Source: Thermoplasmata archaeon
GTDB lineage: Archaea > Thermoplasmatota > Thermoplasmata > Halarchaeoplasmatales > Halarchaeoplasmataceae
NCBI GenBank assembly: GCA_007129655.1
Contig: SKVC01000091.1
Coordinates: 1 to 36,726, forward strand
Reading direction: 5' to 3'
Length of the DNA stretch: 36,726 nucleotides
The position numbers and the translations under genes are program-made. Positions 17,121 to 25,455 of this stretch are shown piece after piece (the first letter of the stretch is position 1; each line of letters begins with the position of its first letter). Under the pieces are notes generated by a model. It had not been told where the DNA came from. It did not search any database and was given only the letters and a program-made list of their open reading frames with translations.

Positions 17121-17345
17121 ATGGAGGCCTATGCCGAACATCATACGGGTAAGATGAATTACTGTTTCTTTTGTGAAAATATAAGTTACAAAAAAGTACC
17201 GGGAAAAGAAGTCGGTAATAAGTGGATCTGTATTAACTGCCTACATCAGTTGAAAGAAATTTTCGAAGGATTGGAAAGATGGGAAGAAGAGATGGCCATG
17301 GGCAGTAAGATGCAGGATCAGATAGACGAGAACCTTGGTATATAA
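17121..17345 (+). CDS. Small zinc-ribbon-like protein (CxxC...CxxC), function unknown
   Basis: The motif CFFCEN...CINCL is present. The start is uncertain because the frame is open back to 17016 with no canonical start codon upstream. Confidence 0.4.
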   Translation: MEAYAEHHTGKMNYCFFCENISYKKVPGKEVGNKWICINCLHQLKEIFEGLERWEEEMAMGSKMQDQIDENLGI

Positions 17346-17404
17346 TTTTAGTTTCACCCATCACTCTCCGAAGGATTGAAATAGCATCTAACTGTTTTGA
17401 AAAC

Positions 17405-19723
17405 GTGGCTTATGAACACCCGCTGATAAAGGAAGGAGTTATTGAAGATAGGGCTTATCAAGTCAATATCGCTGATGTCGCTAGTAAAGATTCTACTCTT
17501 GTTGTATTACCTACGGGTATGGGGAAAACCATAATCGCATTGATGGTCATCGCCGATGTGAAAAACCATAACCCGGATGGGAAGATACTGTTATTGGCAC
17601 CCACCAAACCTCTGGTTCACCAACATGCTGTTGATATCGAAGAGCTGATGCTGCTGGGTAAACCCGCAGAATTCACAGGAGAGGTTAAGCCTTCTCTACG
17701 AGCCGAACAGTGGAACAAAAATGATGTTATCGTTTCCACACCCCAAGTTATACGAAACGACCTTATGTCCCATTCTATATCCTTGGAGGATGTAGCGTTG
17801 ATCGTGTTCGACGAGGCACACCGGGCTGTTGGGGGTTATGCCTACGTGTTCATCGGTGAGAGATATAAGGAGGAAAAAGGCTTGAGCCTGGGATTGACTG
17901 CCTCACCGGGTAGCGAAGCAGAACAGATAATATCGGTGTGTGAATGTCTCGGATTCAACCAAGTAGAGATACGCACTAAGTACGACGCCGATGTTTTCAA
18001 TTACGTCAAGAAAAGAGAATACCAGTGGTTAACGGTTAGCCTCCCCCCAAAACAGCGTCAGATAGTCAACAATTTGAAGGATCTACGTAAAAAACTATTG
18101 AAAGATATGCAAAAGCATGGATTCTTTAAAAGAAAGAATCTAGAATACATCTCAAAAAGAGATATACTCAAAGTCAACGGTAAGATAAGAGGACTGCTTA
18201 ATTCCGGTGGCAAAAAGCATCTTTACACTGCAGCGAGTGTCGTGGCATCACTGTTAAAGTTGGATCATGCAATCGATCTGGCAGAAACCCAAGGTCCTGA
18301 CTCACTGCGGGATTTTGTAGAAAAAATGGAGAACCAGGCCGAAGGCCGTGGAGGCACCTTAGCATCTAAACGTATCTTGAATAGCGACGAATTTATTCGT
18401 ACTATGAAGCTCCTAGAAGAGGTAGAACGAGATCATCCCAAGATAGATAAAGCGATTGAAGAGATCCGAGAGCAGCTTGCCCAGAAGAACGATTCAAAGG
18501 TGATCGCCTTTACCTCATACAGGCACACCGCTATGAAGTTGAAGGATAAACTTAACCAAGTCGAGGGTATCAAGGCGGCAAGATTCGTCGGCCAGGCGAA
18601 TAAAGAGGGAGATAAGGGATTGAAACAGAGTGAACAGATAGCGGCAATCGAGGATTTCGAGAGCGGGGTGTACAACGTCTTGGTGGCCACCAGTGTCGGT
18701 GAAGAAGGTTTGGATATTCCGGCAACCGATCTTGTGTTGTTATTCGAACCAGTTGCCTCCGAGATCCGCACCATACAGCGCAGAGGGAGGACCGCCAGGA
18801 GGCGAAAGGGTAAAGTAACCGTTCTGATAACAAAGAACACAAGAGACGAAGCATATTACTGGGCAAGTAAGAATAAAGAAAAAAATATGTGGAACAATCT
18901 AAATCAACTAAAAAGAGAGATCGAAGAAGATATAGACAAGAAGTTGGTTAAAAATAATGATGCTCAAGAAACAAGAGTTGTAACGAAAAAAAGTAAAAAG
19001 GAACTAAAAAAAAGATTTAGTAAAAATACCGAAATACTTCTTGATAATAAACAAAGATCCCTCTTTGATTTCAATACAGATAAAGAAAAAAAGGAAAACG
19101 TAATTGAGATCGTGATAGATTCAAGGGAACAAAACAGTAGAGTGGTGAATGAACTTGCCAGAAAGGGAATAAAGATACAAACTACACAACTTTCTACAGG
19201 TGATTATCTTATCTCCGAAGACACCGTTGTCGAAAGAAAATCTGTAGAAGATTTTCTGAGTTCACTGATGGATGGGCGATTGTTTAGCCAGGCGAAATCA
19301 CTTTCTACTGAATTCCAGAATCCAATGATCATAATCGAAGGAGAAGGATTGAATCATCGACGGAACATCGACGAAAGAGCGATCTACGGGGCATTAGCTT
19401 CGCTTGCTACGGACTTTCGTATCCCGGTGATGATGACAAAGAACGAATCAGAAACCGCTTCTTTTATCAACGCTTTACTCTCGAGAAAGAAGAAGAAAAA
19501 AGGCCCGGTTTCACTGCGTAAAGATAAGGAAAGTATGTCCAACATAGACACAAAGAGGTTCATACTGGAGGGTTTACCTAACATATCCGGAACCCTTGCA
19601 GATAGACTTCTAGAACACTTCGGAAGTGTACAAGCAGTTTTCAACGCCGATGAAGATGAATTAAAAAAGGTGAAAGGCATCGGGGCTAAGACCGCAAAAA
19701 AAATCGTGGATTTGATTAGATAA
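17405..19723 (+). CDS. hef: Hef: SF2 DEAH helicase fused to an ERCC4/XPF-type nuclease and an HhH2 domain
   Basis: Walker A (PTGMGKT), DEAH (FDEAH), helicase motif VI (QRRGRTAR), the ERCC4 nuclease motif (GDYLIS...VERKSVEDF...GRLFSQ) and a C-terminal HhH (VKGIGAKTAKKIV) are all present. It has a GTG start. Confidence 0.9.
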   Translation: MAYEHPLIKEGVIEDRAYQVNIADVASKDSTLVVLPTGMGKTIIALMVIADVKNHNPDGKILLLAPTKPLVHQHAVDIEELMLLGKPAEFTGEVKPSLRAEQWNKNDVIVSTPQVIRNDLMSHSISLEDVALIVFDEAHRAVGGYAYVFIGERYKEEKGLSLGLTASPGSEAEQIISVCECLGFNQVEIRTKYDADVFNYVKKREYQWLTVSLPPKQRQIVNNLKDLRKKLLKDMQKHGFFKRKNLEYISKRDILKVNGKIRGLLNSGGKKHLYTAASVVASLLKLDHAIDLAETQGPDSLRDFVEKMENQAEGRGGTLASKRILNSDEFIRTMKLLEEVERDHPKIDKAIEEIREQLAQKNDSKVIAFTSYRHTAMKLKDKLNQVEGIKAARFVGQANKEGDKGLKQSEQIAAIEDFESGVYNVLVATSVGEEGLDIPATDLVLLFEPVASEIRTIQRRGRTARRRKGKVTVLITKNTRDEAYYWASKNKEKNMWNNLNQLKREIEEDIDKKLVKNNDAQETRVVTKKSKKELKKRFSKNTEILLDNKQRSLFDFNTDKEKKENVIEIVIDSREQNSRVVNELARKGIKIQTTQLSTGDYLISEDTVVERKSVEDFLSSLMDGRLFSQAKSLSTEFQNPMIIIEGEGLNHRRNIDERAIYGALASLATDFRIPVMMTKNESETASFINALLSRKKKKKGPVSLRKDKESMSNIDTKRFILEGLPNISGTLADRLLEHFGSVQAVFNADEDELKKVKGIGAKTAKKIVDLIR

Positions 19724-19746
19724 ATCAAAATGGTTAAGTATTACCT

Positions 19747-20109
19747 ATGCATAACCAAGACTATATGAAGGATTTGATAGAGCGCGAAGATCTCGGATGC
19801 GACATCGCCTTAGAATGTTTATACAACCTTTCGACACTTGATAAAAGATTACTTGAAACTCTAAAAGATGGAGATGAATATCGCAGTGACGAGATCGCAG
19901 AGATATTAGAGCGTGATCAGAGCACAGCCTATCGTTCACTTGAAAGATTGGCCCGGTGTGGGCTTGTTTATAAAGAAAAACAGAATATACGTAACGGCGG
20001 CTACTTCTATGTGTATTCGTTAAGACCTCTAGACAAGATAAAAGAAGAGGCTTTGGAGTGCCTCGAAGAATGGTATAGAAAGATGAAGAAAGCTATAGAA
20101 GAACTTTAG
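19747..20109 (+). CDS. Winged-helix transcriptional regulator (TrmB/MarR-like)
   Basis: It has an HTH-wing pattern (SDEIAEILERDQSTAYRSLERLARCGLVYKE...YFYVYSL). Length is 120 aa. Confidence 0.6.
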   Translation: MHNQDYMKDLIEREDLGCDIALECLYNLSTLDKRLLETLKDGDEYRSDEIAEILERDQSTAYRSLERLARCGLVYKEKQNIRNGGYFYVYSLRPLDKIKEEALECLEEWYRKMKKAIEEL

Positions 20110-20453
20110 ATATCAAAGGTATCTGCTATTATTTCTTCCAGTTTATTCTTGGATAACATACCCTTTTCCGAACGGACCACATTCCCGTTTTGTATGAAAA
20201 GGAAAGCTGGTATGGCTTGTACCCCGTACCTTGAAGCAAGTGAACCATTCTCCTCTACATTTATCTTTGCAATGGCTACTTTTCCGGCAAATTTCTCGGC
20301 CATAGATTCCAATATCGGATTCATAGCCATACATGGAGAGCACCATGTTGCCCAAAAATCGATCACAACGTTGTCATTATCTCTGATATATTCTTCAAAT
20401 TCACTTTCGTCTATACTGACCAAATTACCGTTATTATTAACCATTTTTTCCAC
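20106..20453 (-). CDS. trxA: Thioredoxin
   Basis: It has the WATWCSPC active site and a thioredoxin-fold length of 115 aa. Confidence 0.9.
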   Translation of the reverse strand: MEKMVNNNGNLVSIDESEFEEYIRDNDNVVIDFWATWCSPCMAMNPILESMAEKFAGKVAIAKINVEENGSLASRYGVQAIPAFLFIQNGNVVRSEKGMLSKNKLEEIIADTFDI

Positions 20454-20549
20454 CGATATCTTGTGTTTACAGTTATAATCTGTTTATATATAGTTTTAAC
20501 GCCCCATCTGTTTCAAAAGAGTTATTATCTGAACTAGCTATGGAGTTAT

Positions 20550-21536
20550 ATGCAAGAACTTCTATTCGAACTCAAAGGACCTCACTACGATCTGGCATCC
20601 GCCGAAGTAAAATGTGCTCTTGAGGGATCGGATAGTACATATCGTATAGTCGATATCTGTTCGGGCGTTCTGCATGTAGAAACTTCTGTCGAACCGAAAA
20701 AAATCGGCCGGAGATTAGGATTGACCCATCGTATATATTATCACATTTTAAATTGTGATGAAACAGAGTTGATTGAAGGTACGAGTGGGATACGGTTACC
20801 ACCCGGATCCGCTTCAGTTAGTACAAGGCGTATTCAGGGCAAAAAGGCAAGAACAGAAGACATCAACATAGGTTTAGGTAGTGAAATATCAAAACGTAAT
20901 GCCATCGATCTAGATCGCCCGGACCATCGAATAATAGTCATGATTTCCGACAAATATTTTGTGGGTAGATTGGCATACGAAATTGATAATAAGCCTTTTC
21001 AAAATCGATTGTCTAGAAATCGGCCATTTTTCTCACCCGTTTCTCTAGAACCTAAATTAGCGCGAGCACTCATCAATCTAGCCAGACCAAAGGAAGGTGC
21101 ATACATTCACGACCCGTTTTGTGGTACTGGAGGCATACTTCTAGAGGCAGGCGATATGAATCTTAACGCTTCCGGAGGCGACATAGATGAAAGGATGGTG
21201 GGGGGTAGTAAAGAGAACCTTGAATTCTACGGTTTTGATGTTTCGGTGGTACAAGGGGATGTATCAGAAAGCACTTCGAAATATCTTGATTGTATAGTTA
21301 CCGACCCACCATACGGGCGCTCTTCTAGCTCTCAAGGAGAAGATATTTGCCGCATATATCGGCGCTTATTCGAGACATCATCGGAGTGTTTGAAAAATAA
21401 GGGATATCTATCAGTAATATTTCCGGATAAGAGTTATTATGAGATCGGGAGTAAATACATGGAGCCTGTTGAGATGTACCGGGTTTACGTGCACAACTCT
21501 TTGGAACGATTTTTTTGTGTGTTCAGAAAGCAGTAA
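20550..21536 (+). CDS. trm11: THUMP-domain tRNA (guanine(10)-N2)-methyltransferase (archaeal Trm11/Trm-G10)
   Basis: An N-terminal THUMP-like region is followed by a SAM-methyltransferase domain with motif I (DPFCGTGGILLEA) and the DPPYG catalytic motif. Confidence 0.75.
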   Translation: MQELLFELKGPHYDLASAEVKCALEGSDSTYRIVDICSGVLHVETSVEPKKIGRRLGLTHRIYYHILNCDETELIEGTSGIRLPPGSASVSTRRIQGKKARTEDINIGLGSEISKRNAIDLDRPDHRIIVMISDKYFVGRLAYEIDNKPFQNRLSRNRPFFSPVSLEPKLARALINLARPKEGAYIHDPFCGTGGILLEAGDMNLNASGGDIDERMVGGSKENLEFYGFDVSVVQGDVSESTSKYLDCIVTDPPYGRSSSSQGEDICRIYRRLFETSSECLKNKGYLSVIFPDKSYYEIGSKYMEPVEMYRVYVHNSLERFFCVFRKQ

Positions 21537-21539
21537 ATT

Positions 21540-23408
21540 TTATTCGTCTAATTTTACTCCTAATATCTCTATATCTTCATATGTGCCTTTAGCTAAAGAA
21601 CGTATCCTTAAAGTCGCCACTACGAATTCTGCACTTCCGCGAGTAGGTTCATTTTCAGTACGTGTATAAAGTTTCATTCCCCGGGTAAGAACATCTGAAG
21701 ATATAACAGCGGTGAAATTCTCAGTGCCACCCGAAGGAATTTCTAGAGTAAGATTCTGCTGGTGTGAATTGTTATGTAGGAAATAAACATTCCAACTTTC
21801 GTTGTTTATTTCCGTGCTAGAGATTTCATAGGCATCATCCGGCCCCATGTTGAATATATATATGGAGAAATTTGCCTTTCCGTCTTCTATTATTGAATAT
21901 CTCTGGAAAGAAGATACCGTGAATGAATATTCTAGCTCAGTGGTAAGTTCCTTAGTCTTATCCCGTCCCGTTGTGTTCGACCGCACGGTGAATGATACAT
22001 CGTTTCTTATATGGGCTTCGTTTGTAGGGGTTAACTCCAATCTGAAGCTGGTGTTTTTCCCAGTATCTAAAGATACGCTCGTCCTGTTACCATCTATAGG
22101 GGACCATGAAGTGATGTTATTTTCTAGACGTTGGACATATAGTAAGCCGTTCCAAGTACGATTACTCATATCGAAGCTTACATTATATGTGTCTGAATTC
22201 GGACTTCCGGTGTTGGTGAGCTTGAAGGTATATACCGCACTTTCATTCAATGAAACAGTTTGAATAGCCGATTCAGATAATTCGATCTCGAAATCGTATC
22301 TGATGGTTTCTTCTTCGATGGGAATAGGGTGAAAACAGCTGAATAGCAGAACTATTGCGAGAACTCCGACTAATTTGCGTTTTGTACCTATTTTACCAAG
22401 TTCGTTTAAAGGTGGGGGATGTTTTAAGCCGACAAAAAACAAAAGGAATATCGCAAAAAATAGCCAGCCGGGATAGAACCATATACCCACTATGACTAGG
22501 AAAGCTGCCGCGATGTAACTTGCATACTTCGCTTTATCTCCCAATAGGGATCTTACCACATGTCCGCCGTCGAGCTGCCCCGCTGGCAATAAGTTCAAAC
22601 CAGTTACGAGAAATCCCACCCATCCGGCAAAAGCTGTAGGATGCATGGTCTGCCCACCGCTGAATGGCAGTATGTAATCCAAAACTCTGAATATTATAGG
22701 GTAATTTATTATCCATACTGTACCTTCCATACCCAAAGGAAGGGATTGATCCATGACACCGCCCAAATATATACCGATAATAGCCACAGGAACTGCCACT
22801 ATAAATCCACATATTGGCCCGGCAACCCCTATGTCTAAGAGTGATTTTCTGTTAGGTATAGGGTCTCTTATGCTTATGAATGCACCTATAGTTCCCAGAG
22901 GAGGGGCAAAGGGTAGGAAAAAAGGAAGAGATGCGTGTATTTTATGGTGTCTCGCCATGAAATAATGGCCCATCTCGTGAATACCGAGGATCGTCATCAG
23001 TGGTAGGGTAAAAAATAATGCGCCGTTACTAAGATTATAAAGCGAAAAAAACGGTTCTGTAGATGTATAAGACGACCACCACCACATACCGGCTATCAAG
23101 GTGGTACACAAGGTAACTATAAGCATGACGATGTTCGTCTTTACCGTACGGTATTTTCTGGGCGGATTCTTCTTTACACTTATTACATACTCACCTTTCT
23201 CTTCCCGTAAAAAAGGGATGAAATTAAGAGGGACTAGTTCCTGCCTCAATTCATCGAATTTTTCCTCAAAATCATCGCCCTGTATGATCCTGACATAGAT
23301 GTTGACTATATCAAATTCTATCTCTGTTTTATAAACGGGGAATTGTTTACTCACTTTCGCTTGAATGAACTCGATATCGTTCCTGTAGTCTTCTGGTCTG
23401 TCGACCAT
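21540..23408 (-). CDS. M50 site-2 protease-family intramembrane metalloprotease with a large C-terminal non-protease domain
   Basis: It has the HEMGHYFMARHH (HExxH) and NLLPAGQLDGGH motifs within a multi-TM core. The C-terminal ~260 aa form a soluble domain rich in N-x-S/T sequons. Confidence 0.8.
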   Translation of the reverse strand: MVDRPEDYRNDIEFIQAKVSKQFPVYKTEIEFDIVNIYVRIIQGDDFEEKFDELRQELVPLNFIPFLREEKGEYVISVKKNPPRKYRTVKTNIVMLIVTLCTTLIAGMWWWSSYTSTEPFFSLYNLSNGALFFTLPLMTILGIHEMGHYFMARHHKIHASLPFFLPFAPPLGTIGAFISIRDPIPNRKSLLDIGVAGPICGFIVAVPVAIIGIYLGGVMDQSLPLGMEGTVWIINYPIIFRVLDYILPFSGGQTMHPTAFAGWVGFLVTGLNLLPAGQLDGGHVVRSLLGDKAKYASYIAAAFLVIVGIWFYPGWLFFAIFLLFFVGLKHPPPLNELGKIGTKRKLVGVLAIVLLFSCFHPIPIEEETIRYDFEIELSESAIQTVSLNESAVYTFKLTNTGSPNSDTYNVSFDMSNRTWNGLLYVQRLENNITSWSPIDGNRTSVSLDTGKNTSFRLELTPTNEAHIRNDVSFTVRSNTTGRDKTKELTTELEYSFTVSSFQRYSIIEDGKANFSIYIFNMGPDDAYEISSTEINNESWNVYFLHNNSHQQNLTLEIPSGGTENFTAVISSDVLTRGMKLYTRTENEPTRGSAEFVVATLRIRSLAKGTYEDIEILGVKLDE

Positions 23409-23499
23409 ATCAACTGTTATTTACGATGGAGATACTAATAAGTGTTGTGCTTTAACATGGCTCGAAAGATTTATCAACGACATATTGATGAGCGGCTGA

Positions 23500-24000
23500 A
23501 TGCCCAGGATTTTGAAGGAAGATAAAGATGCCATCGAGGGGCTCCCACTAGAGCTGCTAGTGATATGTGTAGTGATAGCTATTACGATTCCTACAGTTTG
23601 GGGTTTTGCTGGGATGTACATTAGACAACAAACAGAGAACGATTTAATGGTAGAGTTAGAGCACCTTAAAAAGACCGTAGAAGAGGTAGGATCTTCCGAA
23701 GAGGGAAATATGCGTATAATCGAAATGGATTTAAGCGGTCACCCTCTAGCAAGGATAGATTATGTGGAGATCGGTGGTGAAATACCGGGAACAGAGTATG
23801 TCAGATACCGTATACGGGGAAGAGAAGAATCAGCATATAAACTGGGTGGATTTAATCTTGCAAACATAAGCGGCGGAGAACCGGTGATATTGGATATCTC
23901 CGGAGAAGAAAACGTTTTTATGGTGAAAAGGAGCGGCATGATAGATGGGGGGGTCGAGATCATCGAAATAGGATTAATAGAGGGAAGACATGAGAAATAG
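23500..24000 (+). CDS. Small N-terminally anchored protein with a possible class III (type IV pilin-like) signal peptide
   Basis: A charged N-terminus is followed by G-LPLELLVICVVIAITIPTVWGF as a hydrophobic helix, then a beta-rich-looking ~110-aa domain. It overlaps the next ORF by 11 nt. Confidence 0.45.
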   Translation: MPRILKEDKDAIEGLPLELLVICVVIAITIPTVWGFAGMYIRQQTENDLMVELEHLKKTVEEVGSSEEGNMRIIEMDLSGHPLARIDYVEIGGEIPGTEYVRYRIRGREESAYKLGGFNLANISGGEPVILDISGEENVFMVKRSGMIDGGVEIIEIGLIEGRHEK

Positions 24001-24511
24001 AGCTAGTGTTCGCAGGGATAAAAGAGGTTTAATGGAATTACCATTCAAGCTATTTATTATGATAATCCTTATTTCTGCTACAATGTCCATGGGTATAATC
24101 AGCTTTAGGAATATGCAGCGCAGTGCATTCGAACAACATGTCAAAGATGAATTGAATGGATTGATATTCCTTTCTCATATGATAAGTCGGGAAGGAAATC
24201 TTTCGAGTCAAGAGATGGTGCTCGACCTTTCCGGAGATATGTTTGCAGGGATAGACCAAATCCGTTTCGGGGACAGAGTCGGTGGCAGAACGGATATAAT
24301 CTCTTACAGTATGGATTGGAGAGAACAGAGAGAAATAATACATCTCCGAGATGATATCCATCTTACATCTTCCGGAAACAGCAGTTTCACACTACGGAGT
24401 GGCCTACACAATATTCGTCTGACATGTTTGTATATCTCTGATGATACTACTGTGGTTATCGTATCTCGGGCGGGAGAAAGAATAGACTACAGTAGTTTTT
24501 ATTCTATGTAA
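23990..24511 (+). CDS. Small N-terminally anchored protein, a distant paralogue of the preceding ORF
   Basis: It has RRDKRG-LMELPFKLFIMIILISATMSMGII. It shares the E-M-x-LDLSG...ID..I..G segment with the upstream ORF. Confidence 0.45.
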   Translation: MRNRASVRRDKRGLMELPFKLFIMIILISATMSMGIISFRNMQRSAFEQHVKDELNGLIFLSHMISREGNLSSQEMVLDLSGDMFAGIDQIRFGDRVGGRTDIISYSMDWREQREIIHLRDDIHLTSSGNSSFTLRSGLHNIRLTCLYISDDTTVVIVSRAGERIDYSSFYSM

Positions 24512-24936
24512 TCATCAAGGCGTTTATCCTTCCAACTGCCGCCTTTACCAATGTGGATAACTTCCCATCCTTCTTCTTCAAGTCTCTCAGAGATGTGGCG
24601 ACGGTGGCATTTCATAGGATCTTTTTCAAGACACATTATCGCAGTAGGAATGTCTTTAGCGATCGATTTTAATCCTTCGTAGGCTTTTTTCCAGCTATCC
24701 TTTTCCATGACTGTATGATAATCATCTTCTACCATCCCTCCGAGCTCCGGTTTATGAACATACATTATACTCTTAGAGAATAATTTTTCTTTTAGTTCCT
24801 GCCCTCCGAAACCAGGTCTTGCGGATTTTGCTATCGAACGTACATCGACAAGATGATTTATGCTGCTCTCCAGAAGTAATTTTATAAATTCGTCAAGAGT
24901 TTTTCCTTCGTAACCAATGGTATATATATTATTCAC
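24499..24936 (-). CDS. DUF488-family protein
   Basis: It has the N-terminal IYTIGYEGKTLDEF, VDVRS, and the C-terminal CLEKDPMKCHRRHI signature typical of DUF488. It has a GTG start. Confidence 0.7.
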   Translation of the reverse strand: MNNIYTIGYEGKTLDEFIKLLLESSINHLVDVRSIAKSARPGFGGQELKEKLFSKSIMYVHKPELGGMVEDDYHTVMEKDSWKKAYEGLKSIAKDIPTAIMCLEKDPMKCHRRHISERLEEEGWEVIHIGKGGSWKDKRLDDYIE

Positions 24937-25087
24937 ATATTTGTTAGCTGGAAGTTAGATAAAAGGGTTCTCATATATGTTGGTATTGCGTACGAGTGTA
25001 AAGGTATCGAAATAGTTAAATACCCGCTTACGCATGTCAGACGGACGACCGACGGAAGGGGTCGTTTAAACATACAGGTGGAGATCA

Positions 25088-25321
25088 ATGACAGATACCG
25101 AGAAGATAACCGTAAGGCTCCCTAAGCGTTTTCTTAAAGAGCTTGACTTCCTGGTAGAAGTTGATGATTTCCCATCCCGTTCAGAAGCTATACGAAGTGC
25201 GGTACGTGATATGCTTTATTATCGTGTCGAGCTTGCCTCTGAGAAGGCAGAGAAGATGGCTAAGGTCGAACGGGCTATGAACCAGGCGAAGGCAGTGCGA
25301 GATGAATATTTAAAACCTTAA
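25088..25321 (+). CDS. Ribbon-helix-helix (CopG/Arc/MetJ-type) DNA-binding protein
   Basis: It has an N-terminal beta-strand (KITVRLPKRFLKELD) followed by a helix (SRSEAIRSAVRDML). The SD-like GGTGGAG lies 2 nt upstream of the ATG. Confidence 0.7.
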   Translation: MTDTEKITVRLPKRFLKELDFLVEVDDFPSRSEAIRSAVRDMLYYRVELASEKAEKMAKVERAMNQAKAVRDEYLKP

Positions 25322-25408
25322 CCCTTAAGATGCACTCTAACCCGTAAATATCCCCAGACCTGCCTTTGCCTGGATCACACAAACCATCACGATACTATAT
25401 CTCCCCCC

Positions 25409-25432
25409 TTTTTCTTTTTTATTGTTGTTTTT
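25409..25432 (+). terminator. Oligo-T tract (TTTTTCTTTTTTATTGTTGTTTTT), a likely archaeal terminator for the RHH gene
   Basis: This is a T-run on the plus strand about 88 nt after the RHH stop. Archaeal termination typically occurs at oligo-T. Confidence 0.4.
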
Positions 25433-25455
25433 AAGTGTGTTTTGCTATCTAAACT

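Noticed and set aside
25088-25321. The RHH protein as the antitoxin of a toxin-antitoxin module.
   Set aside because: There is no adjacent or overlapping small toxin-like ORF (RelE, ParE, VapC, etc.). The next gene is convergent and encodes a large membrane protein.
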